From positions 1,798-65,797 of the forward strand of contig JAJYIF010000017.1 of NCBI GenBank assembly GCA_021790195.1: a DNA stretch of 64,000 nt, given 5' to 3'. Positions 54,362 through 62,966 of the stretch are shown piece after piece. Below the pieces are notes generated by a model. It ran no database searches, was not told the origin of the DNA, and worked only from the letters and a program-made list of their open reading frames with translations. This stretch comes from Nitrospirota bacterium (GTDB lineage: Bacteria; Nitrospirota; Thermodesulfovibrionia; Thermodesulfovibrionales; UBA9159). The translations under genes were made by a program, and so were the position numbers. The first letter of the stretch is position 1. Each line of letters opens with the position of its first letter.

Positions 54362-55813
54362 TTAAACGGGTGATTCTTTCTTCTTCTTGAACAGCTCGTC
54401 CTTTTTCCAGACCCAGAAGAGGCTCTTCGCGCTCTTCGCCGCCACTCTGACGTCATTAAGACTCCTGAGTTCGAGTATCCTTCTGAGAATAAACGACGGC
54501 CTCGAGTAAAACTTCTTGAAGGCCAATTGGCGGAGCTTCAGGATATCTTCCCTTGTCATTGTCTTGGGGATAAAGGCCGCACCCTGATAGGTGAAGTCAC
54601 TGAGGTCTTCAGATATAGTTCCATACTCCTCCAGGTGGTCGTGAAGATACGTACCCGGGAAGGGCGTTATGGCATGAAAATTAGCAATATCCGGGTTAAG
54701 GTCTACAGCGAATTCAATGGTCTTAAGCCCCTCCTCGAAGGTCTCTCCCGGTATGCCGAACATGAAAGGCGTGCTCACCCTGATTCCGACGTCCTTGGCA
54801 GCCTTCACGGCTTTCCGTATCTGTTCGAGTGTTGTCCCTTTCCTGATCGTGTTCAGGTTCTTCTGAACGCCGCTCTCGGCGCCGAAAAGGATGGCCCAGC
54901 AGCCGGCCTCCCTGAACGCCTTCAGCAAAGGCTTGTCCACCTGGTTTACGCAGGCCGAGGCAAACCAGGTAAAATCCAGACGCCTGCTCTTTATCTCCTG
55001 CGCGATATTCATGGCCCTGTCGTAGTCGGCGGCCAGAGTGTCGTCGATAAATTTTATCTCCCTATACCCGCTCTTAAGGCAGTGCTCAATCTCTTTCACA
55101 ACGCCTTCCACACTGCGATAACGGATCCCCCGCTTCCTCTCTTTGTCTATCTGGAAGCAATAGATGCACCTCCTGTTGCAGCCGCGCGATGTCATAAGGA
55201 CCGCAACCGGTTTTCTCTTGTATGTGGCAGGAGGCGGTATATACAGGTTCGCGTCCCCCAGCAGTTCCCTCGCGGGGAAAGGGAGCGAATCGAGGTCCTC
55301 GATCAGCGGCCTCTGAGGGGTCTTCACGATTCTTCCATTCGCCCTAAAGACAATACCCTCAATATCATCGATAATCTTCCCGGCTGTCAGCCTCTCGACC
55401 AGATCGAGAACCGCAAACTCGCCTTCCCCGGTCACAACCGCGTCAAACAACTCTCCTGCATCTTCAAGGCAGCGCTCCTGAACGGCAATCGGATAAGGCC
55501 CGCCGGCACAGATAAACGCACTTCCGCCGAACATCTTCCTGAAATCTCCTGCGGTCTTCTTGGCCTTCTGCCATCCAAACGTAGTCGAATATATCCCTAC
55601 AAAGGAGGGGGCAAAATCCCTCACCTGGCGCAGCACCTCTTCATGCGTCATGAAGGCGCCGTTGAAAAACCTGACCTGATGGCCTGCCCTGAGGAGAACT
55701 GCGGCGACATACAGGGTCCCGAGCGGTTGCCAGTAGTTTATCTGGGAGCTCGCGGTCTTCGAAGAAAAGATGTCTTCAGGGACCCAGGATGGTATTACTA
55801 ATGCGCATTTCAT
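54362..55813 (-). CDS. B12-binding-domain radical SAM protein
   Basis: The tracked ORF starts at 55873 and overlaps the upstream gene. I prefer ATG 55813 (MKCALVIPSW...), 22 nt after the upstream stop. Cluster motif SRGCNRRCIYC. Confidence 0.75.
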   Translation of the reverse strand: MKCALVIPSWVPEDIFSSKTASSQINYWQPLGTLYVAAVLLRAGHQVRFFNGAFMTHEEVLRQVRDFAPSFVGIYSTTFGWQKAKKTAGDFRKMFGGSAFICAGGPYPIAVQERCLEDAGELFDAVVTGEGEFAVLDLVERLTAGKIIDDIEGIVFRANGRIVKTPQRPLIEDLDSLPFPARELLGDANLYIPPPATYKRKPVAVLMTSRGCNRRCIYCFQIDKERKRGIRYRSVEGVVKEIEHCLKSGYREIKFIDDTLAADYDRAMNIAQEIKSRRLDFTWFASACVNQVDKPLLKAFREAGCWAILFGAESGVQKNLNTIRKGTTLEQIRKAVKAAKDVGIRVSTPFMFGIPGETFEEGLKTIEFAVDLNPDIANFHAITPFPGTYLHDHLEEYGTISEDLSDFTYQGAAFIPKTMTREDILKLRQLAFKKFYSRPSFILRRILELRSLNDVRVAAKSAKSLFWVWKKDELFKKKKESPV

Positions 55814-55835
55814 AGGTTTGTCTCTTAGCTCAAAT

Positions 55836-57287
55836 TCAGAGGACGGAATCCAGAACGGCAACGACCTCTTCATCCCCGCTCCCTGACACCGACCCGGGGT
55901 CTCCCACTTCCCACTTCTGTTTCGCTATGATCTTTTCCGCCGTACTTATACCGGACGCTATAGCATGGTCCATATTGTAGTACCTGAACATGCCGGACCT
56001 TCCGGCAAGATGAAGATTTTTGAAACCGTCGAGGTATTCGTACAGCCTTTCGCAGGTCTCCTTATACCCCACCTCGAAGAGAGGATATGCCTTCGGTACC
56101 CTTACTACGGCGCCGCCGAGCACCTCGCCCTTCTTGACAAAACCGAGTTTCTCAAGGTGTTCCACAGTTATATCGACAAGCCTGCCGTCGCTCTCGTTCC
56201 AGATACTGTCGCCGGCAAAGCTGAAGTACTCGATCACAAGGAGCGTCTTTCCATCCGGCGCCATGCTCTCGCTCCAGTTCGTAGGTTCATGGATCCTTCC
56301 AAAAGGTATCTTCTGTTCAGGGATGTATATCCAGGTCTGGTCCGTTACCCTCTCCCTGTCCACCATGACCGCAACTACAACAAGGTCTCTGAAATTCAGC
56401 CTTGAAGCCGCATCGAGGACATCCTCAGGAGGGGCCGGACGAAGAAGGCCGATCAATTTGGTCAAGGGAATGCTCGATATAAATTCTCTTCCCTCAACCA
56501 CGTCAAAACAGCCGCCGACGTCAACACCTATGTCTTCCACAACAGAACCGGAGTGATTAATATACCTGACCTCGGCCCCGGTATAAACATCGTTTTCCTT
56601 CTCTATCTCCTCCGTGAGCCTGTCGGAAATCCGTCCTATTCCCAGCCGCGGATAAATGAATCTGTCGGCAAGCGTCGGCATGTCCCTGCCGCTGAACTTG
56701 AAAAAGGCACTCTTGGCCGCCTTCGCAAGCGAAAGTCCGCTGATCCTCTTTTCCACCCATTCTGCGCTTATCCTGCTGCAGTCGATGCCCCAGACCTTCT
56801 CGCTGTAAACCTTGAAGTATATATCGAACATCTTCCGTCCGAAATTTCCGACCACCCAGTCTTCAAGGGAAACGTTTGCAGGTCTTTTCACCAATCTCTT
56901 GATCCTCTCGGTTCCGTAATCGAATACTATCTTCAGTGTGGTCGGAATGCCGAGGCCGAAAACGGCGTTAAGAGGTTTCAGGGGATAATCAAAATACCTG
57001 CCGCACATATATATCTTGCTCTTTCTCGGCACAGATACCAATTCGCCGTCGAGCAGGTCCCTGACAAAAGCCTCGACTGTCTTGTCTTTCGTGAAAAACC
57101 TATGGCCCCCGAGATCGAAGCGAAAACCGCCCCTCGCGATCGTCTTTGAAAGTCCGCCCACCTCGGAATCACGCTCGAAGACCTTGACCTTCAAACCCGC
57201 CTTTGTCAACACATGACCTGCGGACAGGCCGGTCAGCCCGCCGCCTAATATCACCGTCTGATTCTCCTGGTTAATGAACCTTCCCAT
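55836..57287 (-). CDS. FAD-dependent oxidoreductase (amine-oxidase / protoporphyrinogen-oxidase-like fold)
   Basis: 483 aa. Dinucleotide motif VILGGGLTGLSAG...VFERDSEVGGL, then GGHRFF and YSEKVWG motifs. Confidence 0.7.
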   Translation of the reverse strand: MGRFINQENQTVILGGGLTGLSAGHVLTKAGLKVKVFERDSEVGGLSKTIARGGFRFDLGGHRFFTKDKTVEAFVRDLLDGELVSVPRKSKIYMCGRYFDYPLKPLNAVFGLGIPTTLKIVFDYGTERIKRLVKRPANVSLEDWVVGNFGRKMFDIYFKVYSEKVWGIDCSRISAEWVEKRISGLSLAKAAKSAFFKFSGRDMPTLADRFIYPRLGIGRISDRLTEEIEKENDVYTGAEVRYINHSGSVVEDIGVDVGGCFDVVEGREFISSIPLTKLIGLLRPAPPEDVLDAASRLNFRDLVVVAVMVDRERVTDQTWIYIPEQKIPFGRIHEPTNWSESMAPDGKTLLVIEYFSFAGDSIWNESDGRLVDITVEHLEKLGFVKKGEVLGGAVVRVPKAYPLFEVGYKETCERLYEYLDGFKNLHLAGRSGMFRYYNMDHAIASGISTAEKIIAKQKWEVGDPGSVSGSGDEEVVAVLDSVL

Positions 57288-57421
57288 TGTCCCTCGTGAA
57301 GTTTTATACCACCTCTTTATTATATGACATTCGGCATCGCGAAAGCTGCGAGATTCGCTGAGGCGACAACTTCAGGGCAAAAGAGTTCCGCACTTCCCCT
57401 TCTCATTCCAACCAAGCCGAC

Positions 57422-57454
57422 AAAAAACGCCCCGCGCAATAAACGCAGGGCGTT
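57422..57454 (-). terminator. Intrinsic terminator after the usp gene
   Basis: The minus strand reads aacgccctgcgtttattgcgcggggcgtt followed by TTTTTTG. This separates the yeeE-tusA-GGYG-usp unit from the FAD/radical-SAM pair. Confidence 0.65.
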
Positions 57455-57476
57455 GACCCATCTGACGCCGCATCCG

Positions 57477-57956
57477 CTATAAGCCCGGAGAGTTCTTCAC
57501 TACCAGCACAGGAACCTCCGCGCTGTTCGCCACCTCCCTGCTCACGCTTCCCATGAACAGGTGCGTAGTCCTCTTGCCCCTTGCGCCGACGATTATCATA
57601 TCAACGCTTTCCTCTCTTGCAGCTGCAAGAATCTCCTCGGCAGGATGCCCCTTTCTGACAATGGTCTTGACCCCGGTCACTCCCTTATCCTCAAGCAAAC
57701 TCTTATAGTGACTCACAATCGTTTGCGCCTTCTTGTCCAGCGCCTCCTGGTATTCCGTTCCCTCAAGGGTATCCTTTAAGGTCTGCATCTCGGAGACACT
57801 CAGCAACGCTTCGTCCATCAGCGACCTGCCCTCCAATTTCTCGACATAAACCAGGAGCACCGTCTGGGGACTAATGCAGGAACACACATGGCTGCACATC
57901 GAAAAGGCATTCTTAGTACCCATTGTGTCGTCTACCGCAATCAATACCTTGTTCAT
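57477..57956 (-). CDS. Universal stress protein (UspA family)
   Basis: 159 aa. MNKVLIAVDD... start and C-terminal DMIIVGARG...GSVSREVANSAEVPVLVV ATP-binding motif. Confidence 0.85.
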   Translation of the reverse strand: MNKVLIAVDDTMGTKNAFSMCSHVCSCISPQTVLLVYVEKLEGRSLMDEALLSVSEMQTLKDTLEGTEYQEALDKKAQTIVSHYKSLLEDKGVTGVKTIVRKGHPAEEILAAAREESVDMIIVGARGKRTTHLFMGSVSREVANSAEVPVLVVKNSPGL

Positions 57957-57989
57957 TTCACACCCTTCATAACAGTATCGAGATCGTAC

Positions 57990-58382
57990 TCATTTCCCAT
58001 ACCCTCCGGTTGCGGGGGCCGGAGCTCCATAACCGCCGGCTGCGGACTGAGCACCTGTCGGCGCGCCGTATCCGCCCGCTGTGGGGGCCGCACCATATCC
58101 ACCCGACGCCGGGACCGCACCGTAACCGCCTGCTGCCTGGCCGGCGCCATATCCACCCGACGCCGGGACCGCACCGTAACCGCCTGCTGCCTGGCTGGCG
58201 CCATATCCACCCGACGCCGGTGCAGAACCATATCCGCCTGATGCAGAGGCCGTTCCATAACCTCCTGCCGTTCCATGGCCTTGACTAAGCTGGGCCGTCA
58301 TCTCATGTTGCTGGCTGTAAATTGTCAGAAAGCCCAGGATTCCTACGACAACGACGATCAGAACCGCTACAGGTGCCTTCAT
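57990..58382 (-). CDS. Membrane-anchored/secreted Gly-Tyr-Ala repeat protein (10 x GGYG nonapeptide-type repeats)
   Basis: 130 aa. AAGGAGGGAGC RBS before the ATG. Hydrophobic N-terminus MKAPVAVLIVVVVGILGFLTIY, then TAGGYG TASASGGYG SAPASGGYG ASQAAGGYG AVPASGGYG AGQAAGGYG AVPASGGYG AAPTAGGYG ... TGGYGK. Other frames are also open over the repeat. This frame was chosen for its RBS, signal-like start and operon spacing. Confidence 0.6.
   Translation of the reverse strand: MKAPVAVLIVVVVGILGFLTIYSQQHEMTAQLSQGHGTAGGYGTASASGGYGSAPASGGYGASQAAGGYGAVPASGGYGAGQAAGGYGAVPASGGYGAAPTAGGYGAPTGAQSAAGGYGAPAPATGGYGK
58094..58201. repeat. Near-perfect 54-bp tandem duplication inside the GGYG gene
   Basis: 58094-58147 and 58148-58201 differ at a single base (ctggccggcg versus ctggctggcg). 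Each unit encodes 18 aa (two nonapeptide repeats). Confidence 0.85.
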
Positions 58383-58402
58383 GCTCCCTCCTTCGGATTA
58401 AC

Positions 58403-58660
58403 CTATCCCTTCTTTATCCTCAAATAAATCTTGCCGCCCTCCGTCTTTCTTTCCAGCATCTCATTGCCTGCCTGATCACACATCTGGGCTATCGTCTCGA
58501 CTGATGAAGGGTTGTCGAGGACCACCTGCACAACTTCTCCCTCGCTAACTTTTTCCAGGGACTTCTTGGTGTATATCTGGGGATGCGGGCATACATATCC
58601 GCATACATCAAGCAAGTACGTCCCTTCGCCGGTCTTCTCGAATTTCATCGCCATGATCAA
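58403..58660 (-). CDS. tusA: TusA/SirA-family sulfurtransferase
   Basis: 85 aa. The motif LDVCGYVCPHP (CPxP active-site Cys). Located directly downstream of yeeE. Confidence 0.85.
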   Translation of the reverse strand: MIMAMKFEKTGEGTYLLDVCGYVCPHPQIYTKKSLEKVSEGEVVQVVLDNPSSVETIAQMCDQAGNEMLERKTEGGKIYLRIKKG

Positions 58661-58727
58661 CTTCCTCCTCTAAATTTTATTTCTTAATCTTTTAACCCGT
58701 CACGCATTACGTGTCACGCGCAACGAA

Positions 58728-60158
58728 TCAAAATGCCTCCAGCTCCTTCGCCATCTTCCTCTCCGACCACCAGTTGAAAAACTTAACTCCGACAAACGCA
58801 CCGCCTACCATCCCGACGCCGAACAACCAGCCACCCGGATCCCCTCCGGCGACCCTTATGAAAAAAGCTCCGATATTGCAACCAAGCGCCACTCTTGCGC
58901 CTAATCCCATAAACAGTCCGCCGAAGAGACCCCATGCGATCAATTCACCCTTGGGGAGCTTGAACTTGAACTCCTTGTTCAGGAGGGCCATAGCCATCGC
59001 GCCGAAGATAATGCCTAATGACATCCACAAGGCGGGGTTGCGCCATGGCTCGGGGATTCCGTTACTGACCCCGAAATATATATTGTCATGCATGTTCCAT
59101 CCGACCTTTTCAAGCACCCACGCTCCGAACTGAGCCTCTTGCGTTGTAATATACCAGTATCCCGGATCGAACACAGTCCCGTGGATCGAGAGATCGGCCG
59201 TGTGCCCCAACCTCGTCAGGATATTCCCAAAATTCGTAACGCCGAACTTCATCTGCATGCCCTTCAGGACAAATATGTGCAGGCCGGCCGTGATCCCTAT
59301 AAGTACGCCCATCAAAGAAGTCCTCTTAGAAGCCGTTATCATCGACCACACTCCGGACATCTCGGCGCCGAGACCGGTCGAAGCCCCACTCTTGGCCCTT
59401 TTCTTCATAAAACCCTTCCTGATGTAAAAGGTATAGATTGTACAGATGAGCAGTAGGGCCGGGATTATGGTATTGATAATCGCATCGCTCAACAGGTATT
59501 TCATTATGCCCTGCATCCCCGACACAAGACCGGTCTTGTCCAGCGTTATCATGGGCTTGTGAAAAACATCGCCCGCCAGGAAATAGTCGAACCATGCTGT
59601 AATCTTATCCTTGGGAATAAAGGTTTGGGCATTAGCTGTGTCTACCCACGACTGCGGAAGAAAGTTGTTGAACACACCTCCAACATCCGCAAAGATCGCC
59701 TGCCCGAAAGATATCCCCGCGATCGCGAGCATAGATGTCCCGTTTCCCTCGCCTATCTTGTAAAGGGAGCCGGATGCACAGCCTCCCGAAAGGACCATCC
59801 CGACCCCAAAAATCAGACCTCCTATGAACTCATGCATGCCTATCGGACCCGCGTGAAAAGTCGTCATATTAGTAGCGGTGAGAATGGCGGCAACCAAGCT
59901 GAAGAAGATAAGAGCCAGGAGGATTCCGACAGCCATTCTTGGAACACCTGCCGCAAACAAATCCCTTGATGCCGAAGCAAAACAGAACCTTCCATATTGA
60001 AGCATCATTCCGTAGGCAAATCCAAACCAGATGTACGCCACCACATACATGTAGTAAGGACTCACCTTGTAATACAGAAAGCTGATGAAAATGAGAAGAC
60101 CCGTGACGAGAAACGCCTTGACCTGATTCTTCTTACTGTTGTCTACCTGATCCGCCAC
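58728..60158 (-). CDS. YeeE/YedE-family (TsuA-like) thiosulfate/sulfur-compound transporter
   Basis: 476 aa from a GTG start after AGGAGGAGGG. Polytopic, with Sulf_transp-type Cys motifs (GRFCFASA, SGGCASGS, ALGCNIGAF). Confidence 0.8.
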   Translation of the reverse strand: MADQVDNSKKNQVKAFLVTGLLIFISFLYYKVSPYYMYVVAYIWFGFAYGMMLQYGRFCFASASRDLFAAGVPRMAVGILLALIFFSLVAAILTATNMTTFHAGPIGMHEFIGGLIFGVGMVLSGGCASGSLYKIGEGNGTSMLAIAGISFGQAIFADVGGVFNNFLPQSWVDTANAQTFIPKDKITAWFDYFLAGDVFHKPMITLDKTGLVSGMQGIMKYLLSDAIINTIIPALLLICTIYTFYIRKGFMKKRAKSGASTGLGAEMSGVWSMITASKRTSLMGVLIGITAGLHIFVLKGMQMKFGVTNFGNILTRLGHTADLSIHGTVFDPGYWYITTQEAQFGAWVLEKVGWNMHDNIYFGVSNGIPEPWRNPALWMSLGIIFGAMAMALLNKEFKFKLPKGELIAWGLFGGLFMGLGARVALGCNIGAFFIRVAGGDPGGWLFGVGMVGGAFVGVKFFNWWSERKMAKELEAF

Positions 60159-60214
60159 CTATTTACCCTCCTCCTGAGATTATTTAAACGAACAGGCTTG
60201 ACTAAGTTATAGAG

Positions 60215-60365
60215 AATTAATCTATCCCTCCGTGAAAGGCCCCCTACATCAACTTAATCCATGTTAATCCTTAACACCAGGAATTAACATTTATAGTACA
60301 AACTAATAAAATATTAATCTATAGACAATAAGGTCGTCAAATAAAAAAAATTAATCAATCTATTT
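60215..60365. promoter_or_regulatory. AT-rich yeeE upstream region with an array of TTAATC-containing repeats
   Basis: ATTAATCTAT occurs at 60216-60225 and 60313-60322 (exact 10-mer). TTAATCC occurs at 60254-60260 and 60264-60270 (10-nt phasing). TTAATCAATCTAT is at 60351-60363, and AATTAAC at 60282-60288. Confidence 0.45.
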
Positions 60366-60416
60366 CCCTTATTTTTCACAAAGATTATCCCTATCGCAAT
60401 CCTACTGCAAGTAGCA

Positions 60417-62114
60417 TCACTTGGCAGGACTCAGCCTACGATACACCGCAACAAAAGTCTTGAATTGAAAAACCCCCTCGTCATCAACGAATGCCCGGAC
60501 CGCGTAGTAGTCTCTCGTCTTCTGAGATACAGCTATAGGGAAGACATCACCAAGCTCGCCTCCTATGACCACAATAGCCGTATTTTCCTTCTCGGGGATA
60601 TTCGCTGCGCTGTAATAACGCGGGTTCTTGTATTCCCACGTGAATCGCAAAGGAGAGGTCTCTATGTCCTCCTTGGGATGGAAAATTGAGGGGTCGTAGC
60701 GATAGATAATCCGTTTGCCGGTATATAGATCCAGGAGAGGAACAGCCACAGCCGGATTCAGCACCTCCTCCCTAAGAGGGATCGTAAGCACCTCCACATT
60801 CTTCTCTTCGAGGGTATCGAGGAAGCTGCCGGCCCTCTTGAGATTCGCGGCGCTCATCTTATTGGTGAAGGGCAGATAAGCAAGATATGAAACAGAGAGA
60901 GACGAAAGTAAAATGCAGAGGGCGATAAATCTCCGGATTTCCCTGTCCCGGACCTGCTGCAGGCCGTACGACGCCATTAACGCTATCATCGGGAACAGAG
61001 GAATGATATATCGGATGCGCCTTACATGAAACAGAAGGACAAGCAGGACCAGCCAGCACACTATAGCATACTTCTTGTCTCTTCTCTTTACCGCAAACCA
61101 GAGGGAAGAGAGGGCCAGGACAGACACGAAGGGATGAATCTGGAACAAGTATATCGAGGCGAAGCTTTCCCCCCAGCGCCCCAGGCCCGGCTTTTGATAA
61201 CTCATCAGCAACCTGATCTGCCCCATAATGACGTCACGATAAAAAAAGACCACCGCCCCTATCAAGACTGCGTCTATCAAAAAGACGAGAAAGACTCTAA
61301 ACAAGTAACTCCGATAGGGCGCGTCCTGCTCCCGATATCGGATCACAAGGAAAATAACGGCCAGGACTGACAGCATAGGCCACGTGGAGTATTTGGAAAA
61401 AAAAGCCAGGAAGATTGCTACGGCGGCAAGAATGATGCTACAGATAGTCTTACCGGACAACGCCCTGATAAAGGCATAGATGGAAAAGGTCAGGAAAAAC
61501 ATGGTCGGAACGTCCACAAGCATAAGCGATGCCTGAGTCAAAAGATAGGGAATACCGAAGAGAAGGGCTGCTCCGTAAAGACCGGTCTCTTCGTCCCAAA
61601 GTTCCTTCCCGATCAGATACGTAAGGAAAACGGTCAGGGAAAACAGAAGGGTCGTGAATATCTGAATATAAAGTCTCACTTCTCCGGCCACCCTAAAAAT
61701 AAGGCCGAACAGGAATGGGACAAGGAGCATATCTGTCCATGCGGCGATATCCCTGCCCCATTGTTTGATGAAGTATCCTATGCCGTATATTTCGAGGTGC
61801 TTTGCCTGTGTAAAATACCGCGCGGAATCCACTATCACCTCGGGCTCGCTCCAGAAGGGAGCTATAGCGATGAAGGACAAAAGGAACAGAAGGAATGCGG
61901 GACGCCGGAGTGAGCAGGAAACCTTCGAAAATGCGATCAGCAAAACAACGCCCGCGGAAATAACAAGAAAAACGGCAGCTGCGCCGCTTTGGCCGAAGAC
62001 CCACTGCCAGCTTGTGAGTCCATTGTCATCGGCTCCCCGCAGCATAAAAAGCACCAGGAACGAAAGGAGCGTAAGGAGGGAAATAACCAGGAGATGGACG
62101 TTCTTTTTCAGCAA
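60417..62114 (-). CDS. ArnT/PMT-like (GT39/GT83-type) polytopic glycosyltransferase
   Basis: 565 aa. ~12 TM helices followed by a soluble C-terminal domain. The first-loop motif ...VIVDSARYFTQAKHL... resembles the PMT_2 family. Confidence 0.5.
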   Translation of the reverse strand: MLKKNVHLLVISLLTLLSFLVLFMLRGADDNGLTSWQWVFGQSGAAAVFLVISAGVVLLIAFSKVSCSLRRPAFLLFLLSFIAIAPFWSEPEVIVDSARYFTQAKHLEIYGIGYFIKQWGRDIAAWTDMLLVPFLFGLIFRVAGEVRLYIQIFTTLLFSLTVFLTYLIGKELWDEETGLYGAALLFGIPYLLTQASLMLVDVPTMFFLTFSIYAFIRALSGKTICSIILAAVAIFLAFFSKYSTWPMLSVLAVIFLVIRYREQDAPYRSYLFRVFLVFLIDAVLIGAVVFFYRDVIMGQIRLLMSYQKPGLGRWGESFASIYLFQIHPFVSVLALSSLWFAVKRRDKKYAIVCWLVLLVLLFHVRRIRYIIPLFPMIALMASYGLQQVRDREIRRFIALCILLSSLSVSYLAYLPFTNKMSAANLKRAGSFLDTLEEKNVEVLTIPLREEVLNPAVAVPLLDLYTGKRIIYRYDPSIFHPKEDIETSPLRFTWEYKNPRYYSAANIPEKENTAIVVIGGELGDVFPIAVSQKTRDYYAVRAFVDDEGVFQFKTFVAVYRRLSPAK

Positions 62115-62194
62115 TCTGCGATATTTACCTTCTCTACAGGAAAATGAACAGTCGTCCCGGGAGGCATCGCAGGACGCCTCCCGGGAAAGACCGA

Positions 62195-62692
62195 CTATTT
62201 TTCAACCGGATAATTTCTTGCTGCGGCATTCTGTATGGCCTGTTGCATCAACTGACCGCCGAAGTACCCCCTGATCCACGCCGGGTGGCCGAACGACATC
62301 GTGCGGGCATCATATCCCAGCGCCCTAAGCGCCAGGACGGGGAGGTTCTGCGTCTGGCCCGTGACGCATACAAGGACCAGTTTCTTGCTCTTCGGGAGCT
62401 TCCTCAGGTTGTCCGCCTTGAGAATTTCATTATAGGGGATAAAAAGGGCCCCCGGGATCTTGCCGCCCCGCTGCCCGGGCGGGTTAGGTCTCACGTCGAC
62501 TATCAAGAAGTCCGTCTTCTTTGCATGCATCCAGGCGGCGACTTCGTCCGCCTTCACCTGCCAGTTGCCTTCAGACGGACCCTTCAACAGTATATCGTTG
62601 AACTTCTTCACCCACTCCTCCGCCGCATAAGCCGGCACGACCAGCGCGACAGCCAGGACAACTCCTACAAAAACCGAGTAAAATCTCTTCAT
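62195..62692 (-). CDS. Periplasmic rhodanese-domain sulfurtransferase
   Basis: The tracked ORF starts at 62761. I prefer ATG 62692 (MKRFYSVFVGVVLAVALVVPAYA signal peptide) after GGAGGG. Rhodanese pattern LIVDVRP...G.IPGAL and active-site loop CVTGQTQ. Confidence 0.75.
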   Translation of the reverse strand: MKRFYSVFVGVVLAVALVVPAYAAEEWVKKFNDILLKGPSEGNWQVKADEVAAWMHAKKTDFLIVDVRPNPPGQRGGKIPGALFIPYNEILKADNLRKLPKSKKLVLVCVTGQTQNLPVLALRALGYDARTMSFGHPAWIRGYFGGQLMQQAIQNAAARNYPVEK

Positions 62693-62744
62693 CTCAGCAC
62701 CCTCCTTTTTCTTGCATGAGATTCCGTGATTCAAACGAGAGCCA

Positions 62745-62915
62745 ATCACCTCCTTCACCAAGAGATAACCTTACTGCTCGAGAAGATCTCATCGACGATC
62801 TCTTCATAAGACATCTGCTTCTTGGAGAGATCGACGACCTTCAGCTCGTGCTCCTTAGATTGCACTTTGATGACCTGATCTGCCAATGCGTTCGGACCGT
62901 CGTTCAATATATGAA
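62745..62915 (-). CDS. 56-aa DsrH/TusB-like mini-protein (below the ORF-track length cut-off)
   Basis: My own translation is MKILHILNDGPNALADQVIKVQSKEHELKVVDLSKKQMSYEEIVDEIFSSSKVISW. The N-terminus (ILHIL..GP) and C-terminus (SYEEIV......KVISW) mirror the two ends of TusB/DsrH, but the middle is missing. GGGGGG RBS. It lies between the DsrE-like and rhodanese genes. Confidence 0.45.
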
Positions 62916-62966
62916 GAATCTTCATTCTAATCCCCCCTTATATCCTCGTTGTTAACCGGCCATTCC

